DNA of 64,000 bases from Macrostomum lignano (GCA_002269645.1 NIVC01000052.1:1-64000), one strand, 5' to 3'. Positions 25,981 through 40,639 are shown, counted from the first letter of the stretch. Notes: generated by a model from the sequence alone, not told the origin. Program-made: numbers and translations.

Positions 25981-28900
25981 AGTTTGATCAGACCAAATTT
26001 AGCTGCTTGTCTGCAGACCTGGGATGGCTAGGAAGTAGCTGATAGAATTTATATTTTTTAAATAATAATTTTTATCTGGGGTAAATATTGATGAATAGAT
26101 GACTGCAATAAAGTTTAATATAGCTGAAAATGTGACATTTGTGTTACTTAATTAGTTAAATTAGCTATGTAAATTTTATGAATAAAATATTATAAAATTT
26201 TTTGACTAATTTAACATATCCATTTTTAATACACCAACCTTTTTGTTCAATTATAAAACTAACATTGCATTTTGACATGCTTGCAAATCTTGATACTTTG
26301 GTTAGGCACTTCAGTGAGAAAATTAAATTTCAGAAATTGTTATAGGCTGCTATTTCACTAGATAGATCTTACTTTCCCATTTCCAAAATGGCCAAACTTT
26401 AGTGATTTGGTTGAGTAATAAGGAAACTACAGCTATTTTAGTAACCCCGATTTGTGCCTTTAGCCAATGGAATTTTTACATTACGGTTTGTGATCATTTT
26501 TGGCCAAAAAGTTGGCTTTTTGTCTTTGAACACTTGTAATTAATTTTCTAGCCAACCAAAATGACTGTGCTTGGTGTCATTTTGTTCAGTTTTTTAGTGT
26601 TAATTGTATGAATTATATATTTTAATATTATTTTATATGCCCAAGTTGCTAAGCTAATTGAAACAGGATGGGTGTATGAAATTTTGACTATTTTAACCAG
26701 ATACGCAATGATTGCAATTTTAAAAATACAATAGCATCTGTTCTGCTTGCTTAATTTATACAAGGCTAGTGTCATTTTGTTCAGGTTTTTACCTACTATA
26801 ATACTATTCTACTTCTTGCCCTAAATTTTTAATGCATGACAGACACCCCAACTGCAATGTAATGTGCTGTACAGGCTTTGCGCATGGGTTTATTAAAAAA
26901 TGGTTTTGCCTATCGTGTTCAGCATAGCAGAATTAGTTAAATGACACAGAGAACTAGTTTGCCGGAAGGCAGAGTCTCACAAAAAACACGAAATACACGT
27001 TTCAATGGGTATTTTACATGTAAACGTATCAAAAAAAGAAACCTCCACAAAATTTTTGCGCCTATAGCTATTGGCAAGCGGTTTTTTTACTGTGCTTGTA
27101 TTGTCAATAGGTAATGAAAAATATAAAGAGAAACAATGCAGGAAAAGGATTTCATGGAAAATTTTGGATTTGAAATTTTGCATAGAGCCATATGGGCATT
27201 AAAAGAAAAAAAAAATTTTTTTAACACCAGAAAAATGTTTCTAAATTATCCCTTTACACTATAAAACCTTTGTTTCCATTATAAGAAACACATTGCAGCT
27301 AAGAAAAAGCATTTTCTGAACCACTGTTTTTTTATTCATTTTGGCTTCAATTTTATATTCCTCCTAAAAAATGGTCAACTTTAAAAATAGACAGTGCAAA
27401 AAGTATAACAAAGCTAGACTTGCAGTTGGTGTCATTTGAAAGAGCTCCTTTTTACCTTTTAAATGCATATTTTACTTTCATCCTGGCTTCTATAGTTTCT
27501 TTAAAATCGCCCTTGAAAAATTGGACTTTTTTCTTACTTTTTTGCCATTGGCACGCACTTCTTATAACTCACTGAAGTCCCTACTTTGGTATTTTAAAAG
27601 TCCAAAGTCAAAATGCCTAAAAACAAACTCAAAATACCTATTTTCCAATTTAATTTACCAAGATATTTTAAGTAAAAACCTAGTGTACTAATGTATTAAG
27701 GTTGCATTGGGCTTGTTTCTTGTAGCATATAAGTATACTCTTATAGTATATTCTTAGAGTATTTAGAGATACATTAGCCAATATTATTCCAAGACTCAAA
27801 CCTAATATTATATTGCTAATGCTACCTAGGAAATATTAAGCATGACCATTGTTCAGCAATAAGATATTAGATAATACATATATGCATAACCAAAATGATT
27901 TACACCATCTATAAAACTTTTTTGACCAGAAATACAATTTAAGTATATAAAAGAAATCTAAGAAAATTAATGTTTTAGGTAAAGAATAAGAATAACTATG
28001 ATTACATTATTAAGGCTAAATGTCTCATCTATTTTTGGTAGGAATTCTGCAATTTTCCTTGGTAAGGTAAAGCTAGGGCCTCTTGCCAATTGACCAGATT
28101 GGCTTGTTTGGCATTCTGTTGTGTATATATAAGATATTATGTTATATAGTTAATTAATTGTCTAAAGGTATTGTTATAATGATGGCAAGTTCAAACATAA
28201 TAAAGTTTATATATAGCTTGTATATAATAAGATATATTAGAAATCTCTTAGTTTCTTATATTAAATTATTTTGATGCTAAAATTTAAATAAACAAACAAA
28301 ATAGTTTACTAAGTATTACTAATCTTCAATATAAAAATAATTAAATATTTTACTAAAGGTAAAGTTTACTATAAAAGATTATGGATTACTATAAGTAGGC
28401 CCATAAAGTTTATGTATAAAGTTTACAAGCTAAAATACACCCTTGGCTTATTCCTTTTAGTCTCTAATGCCAATTCTATCCAAATAAATACTTTGGAAAC
28501 TACCTATAGTCTTGACTAGGTGATCCATTATCATTACTATATTATTAGGCCTTTCTATATAATATTACTTTTAGTTTTAAGATCTCCATAGTTTAAAGAC
28601 TTATATATATTATCTATTTTAAGTATCCTTTAGTAAGCTAGTTCATTTGCTTACAAATTAGTGTCAAAATAATGTAATACAGGAAACTAGGAAACTGCCA
28701 ACATAATTAATAATAGATTTAATAAATAATAAATATAAATACTATGAGACAATTAGCAATTTAATAGCTAGGCCTATTACTTAATTATTAATATAGTTAA
28801 AGAGTTTAGCTGAATTGACTTAGAACCTTGGCTTAGGCCTATTAAGATACGCCTATTTATAGAAGCATAGTAGGCCCTATTTATAGATTTATTTTATATT

Positions 28901-29106
28901 AGGCCTACAATATTACCCCTTTCAAGGCTTCAAGCAGCTTTGATTGAGTCTTATATTTTTTAAACATAAATAGTTGCAACTTAAGTTGCCAAATTAGTTT
29001 TGCCACACCTTGGCACATAAGTGAACCTAAAAAAACAAATTTAGGTTGAAAATAGAATGCTAGAATCTAGTCCAACTATTATTAGCTAGGCCTACAATTT
29101 TATAAA

Positions 29107-29183
29107 GGGCAGTGCTTATTCCCACGGTACCGTAGAAATAATTTCTGTCCTATTCCAGCGGTACCATGGGGATAAGCACTGCC
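29107..29183. mobile_element. 77-bp miniature TIR element with an 8-bp TSD (hAT-like)
   Basis: (g)ggcagtgcttattcccacggtaccg ... cggtaccatggggataagcactgcc, flanked by tttataaa at 29099-29106 and 29184-29191. Confidence 0.65.
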
Positions 29184-31409
29184 TTTATAAAGAACTGATA
29201 CAACCATGATAAATATGAACAAGCCTAACTAAGCCTTCCACTTTTGCACAAAGGTATTCTTTCATTCTGAATCTTTCATTCACTGATTCAGAATCCAACT
29301 CATTTTCCCGTTGGATAAGCTTGATTGAGTGAAATCAGATTAAACGAAGCGATGCGCAGGAGAAAAAATGAATATGAAGAATACAAACTTACTTGATTTG
29401 CTTTATTTTTTAACAAGATTAAACAACAATTCGCCCTAATCATTATCTTCAAAAGCACACGAATCATTTTACCTTAAATTTTTTTACCTTGCTATACCTA
29501 TAACTGATATTGTGGTCACTAGCCCAAGCAGCGTACGCAAGTTTAAACAAGTCTCGGATTTTTTTACGTTTAAATGATTTTTCTATTCATAAAGCCATGG
29601 ATAAACAAAAAATGTTCTTATAACAGTATAAAATTTGTATATAAAGTTTTGTCATCGCTAAGCATTGCGTCTGCTACACCATTAGGTTTGGTCCATTTTT
29701 GACTCTTAGCTTACATGGGTTCCGGCTTTCGTGAAAACTGAAATTCATGAGCATTCATTTTTTGAAGAATGTATTTTCTGAGAAATATTAAACTGTCAAA
29801 TTTTAGAACTTAAACAAGAATTGCGAGCTCTAGAGCGTTATGGACATTTATTCACTCATTCATTCAATAAAACATACAAACCTTAAGAGATTTAGTATAT
29901 TTAGATTTTAGTATGGTAAATGAATCACACTGGCTTAAAAGCATACTTGGACTGACTGTATTAGCTGACCATTTATAGCTGATATTAGCATTTAGCTAAT
30001 ATTTTTAGTATATTAGATAGCAAATTAGCTGATATCCATTCCCTATCCCAAAAATCTGCTTTAATGTCTATATGGCTATACCTAACCTAATCTAATGACT
30101 GTTGACTATATAATTAATGTAATATTTATTGTAAGAAGATTAATTGTAAGATACCTCATAAATAATCTTCCTTCACAAATCACAACCAACACGAAAACTT
30201 AGACAACACCCCATGTGTACCATGTTGTTGCTACCCATCTTATATCAATTGAATCTATTATTGCACCAGACTCCTTAAAACTATATCTCCTTTTTGTATA
30301 TTCTTGCCTGTTTTCATTTACAAATGCCAGTGTAATTGCTACTGCATTACACATATATTTGTATAGGCCTACTGTAAATACTTTAATTGCAAAAATTAAT
30401 GCTTATCTAAAAATTTTTTTAAATGCCCTCTTTTCATTTGTTTCTTCTTTTAAAAGTATCCTTAGTTTTTAATGCCTAATATAGTACAAGTAATATTGTT
30501 AACTATCTAAACATCTAGATATTTGATATTAACTGAATACATAGAAACTTTTTTTAATTATCTACTAGAAGAATTGTTCTCAATCAATGATCAAGTTCAT
30601 ATAATACCTGTTTTTCAATTCCTTGTTTAAATACTTTTCATTTTGTTAGCTGTTAAACTTAAATTTTGTTCAAAGATTTATAAAAAAATCTTTAGCCACT
30701 CTCTCAAGGTTTCAAGGTTAACAGGGGATTTTTTAGATTTTAAGGCTTATTGGGGCATCTAAGACTAAGGCATCACTGAGATGTCAAGGAGGGGAGGTTG
30801 GTATGTTAAGGCTCGTGGGGGGATTGCTGAGATGTTAGGCTTATATAGAATTGCTGGGGTTATCGCAAAGAGATGCTATATGTAGTTTATTTAAATTTTT
30901 GTACTGCATTTTTTGGCTCCCCAATGAGGGCACTGCTTGCTAGTTTACTAATTTTAAATCCAACTAAATATCCTTTAGTACCATAAATACCTATTTTACC
31001 ATAGTTGGTATAATATCTAATAGGCTATGGCCATAATTATAGTAGAAGACAAGTGAAGTTTGTGTGCTTAGTTGTAGCTAGCTTACTTAGCTTAGCTGAA
31101 GGGGACATCAATGTATCTAGATATAAAATATAGCACAGGCATTGCCACCCATTCTATTAACCCTTGGCAATAACTAGAGATCTAGTTTGCAACACAACCT
31201 TTTCCAGAGTGTCTAGGAATTGGATAGTAGCTCACCCAGTAGCCTAAAAAAACTTTGTAAAGATCACGTTTGTCCAGGGTAAGCAAGTAAGGCAGGTAGA
31301 TAAAGTGATTGGCATTCTTAAATCTTTAATAACAATTTGTTAAAATACGAGTTTATTCTCAAAGTCCTACTATAAGTAGTAGTCTGAAGTTAGAAAATCG
31401 TGTCACTGC

Positions 31410-34400
31410 ATGGAGGGGCCAGACACCAGCGGCTGGCTGCCGGAGCAGGTCAACGAGCTCGAGCTGCTCAAGCAGCGAAAGCGAACCCTGGAAATTGAGC
31501 TGACCGAATTGCGCACCGAGCTGGAGTCGCTTGATCGCGAAATTCGCGAGATGGACATCGGCAGTGGTGGCGGCGGTGGCGAAGCTTTTGAAGCAACAAG
31601 TCAGCGGGATAAGGTGGGTCTGGCTGTTTGCCAAGTGATCAACTTTTTACTGTTATTTTGATTATAAATATAAATACGAAATATGGCCTGAAAATCTAGG
31701 ATTATAGAAATAAATTGTCATTTTGATTGCCAGTCTGCTAGCTTAACTAGCCAGGCTGCCATTTTGCTTGTGAAAAATCCTCTTTGCTTGTCGGAAAGCC
31801 ATTTTGATTGTTAGACTGCCATTTTTACCGCAGACTGCCATTTTGACTGTCATACTGCCATTTTGACTGTCAGACTGCCATTTTTACTGTCAGATTGCCA
31901 TTTTGACTGTCAGACTGCCATTTTGATTGTGAGATTGCCATTTTGACTGTCATACTGCCATTTTTACTGTCAGACTGCCATTTTGACTGTCAGACTGCCA
32001 TTTTTACTGTCAGATTGCCAATTTGACTGTCAGACTGGCATATTGTTTGTCAGATTGACTTTCAGACTGCCATTATTGCCAGCTTATTGCCATTTCTATG
32101 CCACTCCACCAACTCAACAATTCAGGCCCTGCTCACAGGCCGCAACAAGTTCAATTTGAAGCCGGCCACAGGCATCGCCTACCTGGTTGAGCAGGGCCTG
32201 CTTGAGAACACTCCAGCCGCCGTGGCCAGCTTTCTATTTCAGTCCACCAATCTCAGCAGGCGGGCAGTCGGGGACTACTTCGCGCACAGCAAGCCCTTCA
32301 ACGTGCAGACCCTAGACGCCTTCGCCGGCCTGTTTAACTTTGCCGGCAAAAAGTTGATGCAGGCGTTGAGAGAATTTTTGGGCACCTTTGCCGTGGCCGG
32401 GGAGAGCCAGGTGAGTGCGGGCCTGGCTGCATCTAAATATTGTCTCTGAGTATCTCACTCGCTGGCATCTTACACTATCTTAATTTGACTCTTGATTCTC
32501 AAGTCTGACTCGTGAGCATCAGGTACATCAGGCTCTTGACTCATCTAAATCTGACTCGTGAGCATCAGGTACATCAGGCTCTTGATTCATCTAGATCTGA
32601 CTCGTGTGCATCAGGTACATCAGGCTCTTGACTCATCTAGATCTGACTCATCTAGATCTGACTCGTGAGCATCAGGTACATCAGGCTCTAATTGACTCAT
32701 CTAGATCTGACTCGTGAGCATCAGGTACATCAGGCTCTTGATTCATCTAGATCTGACTCGTGTGCATCAGGTACATCAGGCTCTTGACTCATCTAGATCT
32801 GACTCATCTAGATCTGACTCGTGAGCATCAGGTACATCAGGCTCTAATTGACTCATCTAGATCTGACTCGTGAGCATCAGGTACATCAGGCTCTTGATTC
32901 ATCTAGATCTGACTCGTGTGCATCAGGTACATCAGGCTCTTGACTCATCTAGATCTGACTCATCTAGATCTGACTCGTGAGCATCAGGTACATCAGGCTC
33001 TAATTGACTTATCTAGATCTGACTCGTGAGCATCAGGTACATCAGGCTCTTGATTCATCTAGATCTGACTCGTGTGCATCAGGTACATCAGGCTCTTGAC
33101 TCATCTAGATCTGACTCATCTAGATCTGACTCGTGAGCATCAGGTACATCAGGCTCTAATTGACTCATCTAGATCTGACTCGTGAGCATCAGGTACATCA
33201 GGCTCTAATTGACTCATCTAGATCTGACTCGTGTGCATCAGGTACATCAGGCTCTTGACTCATCTAGATCTGACTCGTGAGCATCAGGTACATCAGGCTC
33301 TAATTGACTCATCTAGATCTGACTCGTGAGCATCAGGTACATCAGGCTCTAATTGACTCATCTAGATCTGACTCGTGAGCATCAGGTACATCAGGCTCTA
33401 ATTGACTCATCTAGATCTGACTCGTGAGCATCAGGTACATCAGGCTCTTGATTCATCTAGATCTGACTCGTGTGCATCAGGTACATCAGGCTCTTGGCTC
33501 ATCTAGATCTGACTCATGAGCCTCAGGTACATCAGGCTCTTGACTCATCTAGATCTGACTCGTGTGCATCAGGTACATCAGGCTCTTGGCTCATCTAGAT
33601 CTGACTCATGAGCCTCAGGTACATCAGGCTCTTGGCTCATCTAGATCTGACTCATGAGCCTCAGGTACATCAGGCTCTAATTGACTCATCTAGATCTGAC
33701 TCGTGAGCATCAGGTACATCAGGCTCTTGATTCATCTAGATCTGACTCGTGTGCATCAGGTACATCAGGCTCTTGGCTCATCTAGATCTGACTCATGAGC
33801 CTCAGGTACATCAGGCTCTTGACTCATCTAGATCTGACTCGTGTGCATCAGGTACATCAGGCTCTTGGCTCATCTAGATCTGACTCATGAGCCTCAGGTA
33901 CATCAGGCTCTAATTGACTCATCTAGATCTGACTCGTGAGCATCAGGTACATCAGGCTCTAATTGACTCATCTAGATCTGACTCGTGAGCATCAGGTACA
34001 TCAGGCTCTAATTGACTCATCTAGATCTGACTCGTGAGCATCAGGTACATCAGGCTCTAATTGACTCATCTAGATCTGACTCGTGAGCATCAGGTACATC
34101 AGGCTCTTGATTCATCTAGATCTGACTCGTGTGCATCAGGTACATCAGGCTCTTGGCTCATCTAGATCTGACTCATGAGCCTCAGGTACATCAGGCTCTT
34201 GACTCATCTAGATCTGACTCGTGTGCATCAGGTACATCAGGCTCTTGGCTCATCTAGATCTGACTCATGAGCCTCAGGTACATCAGGCTCTTGGCTCATC
34301 TAGATCTGACTCATGAGCCTCAGGTACATCAGGCTCTAATTGACTCATCTAGATCTGACTCGTGAGCATCAGGTACATCAGGCTCTTGATTCATCTAGAT

Positions 34401-37400
34401 CTGACTCGTGTGCATCAGGTACATCAGGCTCTTGGCTCATCTAGATCTGACTCATGAGCCTCAGGTACATCAGGCTCTTGACTCATCTAGATCTGACTCG
34501 TGTGCATCAGGTACATCAGGCTCTTGGCTCATCTAGATCTGACTCATGAGCCTCAGGTACATCAGGCTCTAATTGACTCATCTAGATCTGACTCGTGAGC
34601 ATCAGGTACATCAGGCTCTTGATTCATCTAGATCTGACTCGTGTGCATCAGGTACATCAGGCTCTTGGCTCATCTAGATCTGACTCATGAGCCTCAGGTA
34701 CATCAGGCTCTTGACTCATCTAGATCTGACTCGTGTGCATCAGGTACATCAGGCTCTTGGCTCATCTAGATCTGACTCATGAGCCTCAGGTACATCAGGC
34801 TCTTGGCTCATCTAGATCTGACTCATGAGCCTCAGGTACATCAGGCTCTTGGCTCATCTAGATCTGACTCATGAGCCTCAGGTACATCAGGCTCTTGGCT
34901 CATCTAAATCTGACTCATGAGCCTCAGGTACATCAGGCTCTTGGCTCATCTAGATCTGACTCATGAGCCTCAGGTACATCAGGCTCTTGACTCATCTAAA
35001 TCTGACTCATGAGCCTCAGGTACATCAGGCTCTAATTGACTCATCTAGATCTGACTCATGTGCATCAGGTACATCAGGCTCTAATTGACTCATCTAGATC
35101 TGACTCGTGAGCCTCAGGTACATCAGGCTCTAATTGACTCATCTAGATCTGACTCGTGAGCCTCAGGTACATCAGGCTCTAATTGACTCATCTAGATCTG
35201 ACTCGTGAGCCTCAGGTACATCAGGCTCTAATTGACTCATCTAGATCTGACTCATGTGCATCAGGTACATCAGGCTCTAATTGACTCATCTAAATCTGAC
35301 TCGTGAGCCTCAGGTACATCAGGCTCTAATTGACTCATCTAGATCTGACTCATGTGCATCAGGTACATCAGGCTCTAATTGACTCATCTAAATCTGACTC
35401 GTGAGCATCAGGTACATCAGGCTCTAATTGACTCATCTAGATCTGACTCGTGAGCCTCAGGTACATCAGGCTCTAATTGACTCATCTAAATCTGACTCGT
35501 GAGCATCAGGTACATCAGGCTCTAATTGACTCATCTAAATCTGACTCGTGAGCCTCAGGTACATCAGGCTCTAATTGACTCATCTAAATCTGACTCATGA
35601 GCATCAGGTACATCAGGCTCTTGGCTCCCGTGTCTGAATTGTATAAATAGTGTACATCTAGAGGTAATTCTTGATGCAGACTATCAATCTATATAATTTC
35701 ATTCATGTATTTATGAATGAATGTGCAATAAAATAAATTACCATCAAACACAGACGCCAATAACCAAGTGGACCTGCTCTCTGATGGTGTCGAGTCGGAA
35801 TTCTTTATTTACGGTTTAATTAACGCACCTGTTCTGTCTGTTTTCTACCAGTTTTGAAAAAAAAATTTGCTGTTAATTTGCATCCGATGTTTAGTTTTAA
35901 CTCACAGGTCATGTTTTTATGGTTGTTGAGGTCGTCAAGGTTAAGGTCACGGTGAAGTCAAGTAAGGTCACACTGTGTTGATAGATATCAAAACTGAAGA
36001 CATGACTCTTCCAGATTGAAGAGCCAATCAGAAGCGAGTAAGGGGGAGAGAGATAGGTTGAAGGCTCAATCTGCGTCACTTCATGTTAGTTTAATGCTAC
36101 CATCTTAGTGCTTCATTTTGTTGCTTACTGTTAAATTAGAATAACTCTAATGTCGCAGTTCCAGTTCGCTAACGCGCCCTCAAATCTCTCTCATCGCAGG
36201 TGATCGAGCGCTGCATTTCGGTGTTCGCCAAGTCGTTCGCCTCTCAGAATCCTGACTTCCCACTCAGCGCCGATCGAATTTTTGTCCTGTGCTACGCCTG
36301 CATGATTCTCAACACTGCGCTGCACAATGAGAACGCTAAGAAGGATAAAACAACCAGGTTAGCGCGGCGCGTGGCTTTGTAATAATTCGTTTTTAGACAT
36401 TTCTCAAAGAATGTAACAAGCTCATCAAATTTTGTATTTTAGCTGATCCCACACCTAATCAGCTGATCCCAATCAGCTGATCCCACACCCGAAAATCAGC
36501 TGATCCCACACCCGAAAATCAGCTGATCCCACACCCCCAAATCAGCTGATCCCACACCCGAAAATCAGCTGATCCCACATCCCCAAATCAGCTGATCCCA
36601 CACCCGAAAATCAGCTGATCCCACATCCCCAAACCAGCTGATCCCACACCCATAAATCAGCGGATCCCACACCCCAATCAGCTGATCCCACACCCCCAAA
36701 TCAGCTGATCCCATCTGACCCATCAGCGGATCCCACACCCCCAAATCAGCTAATCCCACACCTCAATCAGCGGATCCCACACCCCCAAATCAGCGGATCC
36801 CACACCCAATCAGCGGATCCCACACTCAATCAGCTGATCCCACACTCAATCAGCTGATCCCACACCCATAAATCAGCGGATCCCACACCCCCAAATCAGC
36901 TGATCCCACACCCCAATCAACTGATCTCACATCCCCAAATCAGCTGATCCCACACCCATAAATCAGCGGATCCCACACCCCAATCAGCTGATCCCACACC
37001 CCCAAATCAGCTGATCCCATCTGACCCATCAGCGGATCCCACACCCCCAAATCAGCTGATCCCACACCTCAATCAGCGGATCCCACACCCCCAAATCAGC
37101 GGATCCCACACCCAATCAGCGGATCCCACACTCAATCAGCTGATCCCACACTCAATCAGCTGATCCCACACCCATAAATCAGCGGATCCCACACCCCCAA
37201 ATCAGCTGATCCCACACCCCAATCAACTGATCTCACATCCCCAAATCAGCTGATCCCACACCCCAATCAGCAGATCCCACATCCCCAAATCAGCTGATCC
37301 CACACCCGAAAATCAGCGGATCCCACACCCCCAAATCAGCTGATCCCATCTGACCCATCAGCGGATCCCACACCCCCAAATCAGCTGATCCCACACCTCA

Positions 37401-40400
37401 ATCAGCGGGTTCCACACCCCCAAATCAGCGGATCCCACACCCAATCAGCGGATCCCACACCCCAATCAGCGGATCCCACACCCAATCAGCGGATCCCACA
37501 CCCAATCAGCGGATCCCACACCCAATCAGCGGATCCCACACCCAATTAGCGGATCCCACACCCCAATCAGCGGATCTGTGGTGATGTGGGCTCACAGGCT
37601 CGGACCCTTCGTGCCCCTTTCCCCGACCCGGGTTCGCGTACTGACCCTGGCTGCGATCCTCCACAGTCTCGCGTACGACGCGCTTCCTTCCTCTAAATCA
37701 GCTGATCCCATCTGACCCATCAGCGGATCCCACACCCCCAAATCAGCAGATCCCACACCTCAATCAGCGGGTTCCACACCCCCAAATCAGCGGATCCCAC
37801 ACCCAATCAGCGGATCCCACACCCCCAAATCAGCGGATCCCACACCCAATCAGCGGATCCCACACCCCAATCAGCAGATCCCATACCCAATCAGCGGATC
37901 CCACACCCCCAAATCAGCGGATCCCACACCCAATCAGCGGATCCCACACCCAATTAGCGGATCCCACACCCCAATCAGCGGATCTGTGGTGATGTGGGCT
38001 CACAGGCTCGGACCCTTCGTGCCCCTTTCCCCGACCCGGGTTCGCGTACTGACCCTGGCTGCGATCCTCCACAGTCTCGCGTACGACGCGCTTCCTTCCT
38101 CTAAATCAGCTGATCCCATCTGACCCATCAGCGGATCCCACACCCCCAAATCAGCAGATCCCACACCTCAATCAGCGGGTTCCACACCCCCAAATCAGCG
38201 GATCCCACACCCAATCAGCGGATCCCACACCCCAATCAGCGGATCCCACACCCAATCAGCGGATCCCACACCCAATCAGCGGATCCCACACCCCCAAATC
38301 AGCGGATCCCACACCCAATCAGCGGATCCCACACCCAATCAGCGGATCCCACACCCAATCAGCGGATCCAACACCCCCAAATCAGCGGATCCCACACCCA
38401 ATTAGCGGATCCCACACCCCAATCAGCGGATCTGTGGTGATGTGGGCTCACAGGCTCGGACCCTTCGTGCCCCTTTCCCCGACCTTTCCCTGATCCCACA
38501 CTCAATCAGCTGATCCCACACTCAATCAGCGGATCCCACACTCAATCAGCGGATCCCACACCCAATCAGCGAATCCCACACTCAATCAGCGGATCTCACA
38601 CCCAATCAGCGAATCCCACACTCAATCAGCGGATCTCACACCCAATCAGCTGATCCCACACTCAATCAGCGGATCCCACACCCAATCAGCTGATCCCACA
38701 CTCAATCAGCGGATCCCACACTCAATCAGCGGATCCCACACTCAATCAGCGGATCCCACACTCAATCAGCTGATCCCACACCCAATCAGCGAATCCCACA
38801 CTCAATCAGCGGATCTCACACCCAATCAGCTGATCCCACACTCAATCAGCGGATCCCACACCCAATCAGCTGATCCCACACTCAATTAGCGGATCCCACA
38901 CCCCAATCAGCTGATCCCACATCCAATCAGCTGATCCCACACCCCAAATCAGCTGATCCCACACCCCGAATCAACTGATCCCACACTCAATCAGCTGATC
39001 CCACCCTCAATCAGCGGATCCCACACCAAATCAGCGGATCCCACACTCAATCAGCGGATCTCACACCCAATCAGCGGATCTCACACTCAATCAGCGGATC
39101 CCACACCGAATCAGCGGATCCCACACTCAATAAGCGGATCCCACACTCAATCAGCGGATCCCACATCCCAATCAGCTGATCCCACATCCAATCAGCGGAT
39201 CCCACACCCCAAATCAGCGGATCCCACACCCCAAATCAGCAGATCCCACACCCAATCAGCGGATCCCACACTCAATCAGCTGATCCCACACTCAATCAGC
39301 TGATCCCACATCCAATCAGCTGATCCCACACCCCCGCAGAATCGGCAGCCCGGAGGACTTTCAGGCCATGCTGGAGAGGGCGGATCTGCGCGACCTGGAC
39401 CGGGCCTTTGTCCGCGACATCTACGAGGACATCCGGCTGCAGCCGTTTGTTAATAATGGCGGCGATTCCTTTGAGGACCTGCTGCACAGCGTGTGCAATG
39501 TGATCAAGGAGGGCTACCTGTACAAGCAGGTGGGTTCGGCTGAATTGAAGGATTGCGCGAGTCTTCATTGTGAATAACTGAAACGAATCGTTTTCTAAGG
39601 GGGGGTTTAAAGCTAATATTCAGATAATAGTTCGTGAGGGATGAGATTTTGTAGCTAATAGTTTGTGAGGGATGAGATTTTGTAGCTATTAGTTTGTGAG
39701 GGATGAGATTTTGAAAACAATAATTCGTGAGGGATGAGATTTTGAAAACAATAATTCGTGAGAGATGAGATTTTTAAAGCAATAAATCGTGAGAGATGAG
39801 ATTTTGAAAGCAATAATTCGTGAGAGATGAGATTTTTAAAGCAATAAATCGTGAGAGATGAGATTTTGAAAGCAATAATTCGTGAGAGATGAGATTTTGA
39901 AAACAATAATTCGTGAGCAATGAGATTTTGAAAACAATTGCTTTGACTAGCGAGATTTTGAACTAAGAAAGGATTTAATACTAATGCTAATAAAGATTGC
40001 CCCGCGGTTGTCCCAGCTGTCAATCTCATCTAACACCCCAACGCAACTCCAGGGCGGCAAGGTGCGCACCTGGAAGCGGCGCTACTGCATGCTTCACGGC
40101 GGCCAGCTCAGCTACCTGGCTGACAAGTCCAGCAATTATCCCAAGGGGATCATACAGTTAAGGGATCTGGGAGTTCGCGAAGCGCCAGACAAGGCTAAGA
40201 GCTTCTGCTTCGAGCTGTTCAGCCATCGAGACGAGCGGATCGAGGCGTACAAGACCGACTCGTCCAACTCGGTTGTGGCCGGCAGGCACAGCGTGTACAA
40301 GTTCTCCGCCCAGTCGTTGGACGACCTGCAGTCCTGGGTTCGCGCCCTCACGGACAGCATTCAAGAGCAGCGCTTCTTCACTGTCAAGCGGAGTTTGAGC

Positions 40401-40427
40401 TACCAGCCGCAGCCCGTGCCGCAGTGA
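31410..40427 (+). CDS. CYTH: Cytohesin/ARNO-family Arf guanine-nucleotide exchange factor (coiled coil-Sec7-PH; 403 aa, 5 exons)
   Basis: Exons 31410-31613, 32126-32410, 36200-36357, 39340-39529 and 40053-40427 are phase-consistent. N-terminal coiled coil; Sec7 GRNKFN, glutamate finger FAVAGESQVIER and YACMILNTALHN; PH domain KEGYLYKQGGKVRTWKRRY...W.RAL. Confidence 0.95.
31800..32070. repeat. 20-bp minisatellite in cytohesin intron 1
   Basis: Unit ctgccattttgactgtcaga. Confidence 0.9.
32480..35625. repeat. 46-49 bp satellite (about 65 copies) filling cytohesin intron 2
   Basis: Unit gactcatctagatctgactcgtgagcatcaggtacatcaggctctaatt with variants; higher-order periods of 156 bp and 659 bp are visible. 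Confidence 0.97.
36440..39330. repeat. 19-23 bp minisatellite filling cytohesin intron 3, with three copies of a ~118-bp non-satellite island
   Basis: Unit aatcagc(g/t)gatcccacaccc; islands start at 37577, 37985 and 38433 (third truncated). Confidence 0.95.
39620..39960. repeat. 31-bp minisatellite in cytohesin intron 4
   Basis: Unit tcgtgagagatgagattttgaaagcaataat. Confidence 0.9.
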
Positions 40428-40639
40428 TTCGCGATTGCGGCGCTCCTTCACGGATGCGGCAGTTCTAGGACTGCCCGTGCGTGCCGCATGCACAGATTAG
40501 CGCTGCATAATCGCTTGACCAATCTGTTCTACAGAATGTACGTTCCGCACAACTCCTTAATTTTTATTTTATCATGGTTAGTGTCAGATTTAAAGATTAC
40601 ATGTGTAGCAGATATAAACCGTCTTTATTGCAATTAAAT

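Noticed and set aside
36440-39960. Repeat arrays with intervening unique-looking segments resembling a CRISPR array
   Set aside because: The units are contiguous, the islands are identical copies rather than distinct spacers, there are no cas genes and the context is eukaryotic introns.
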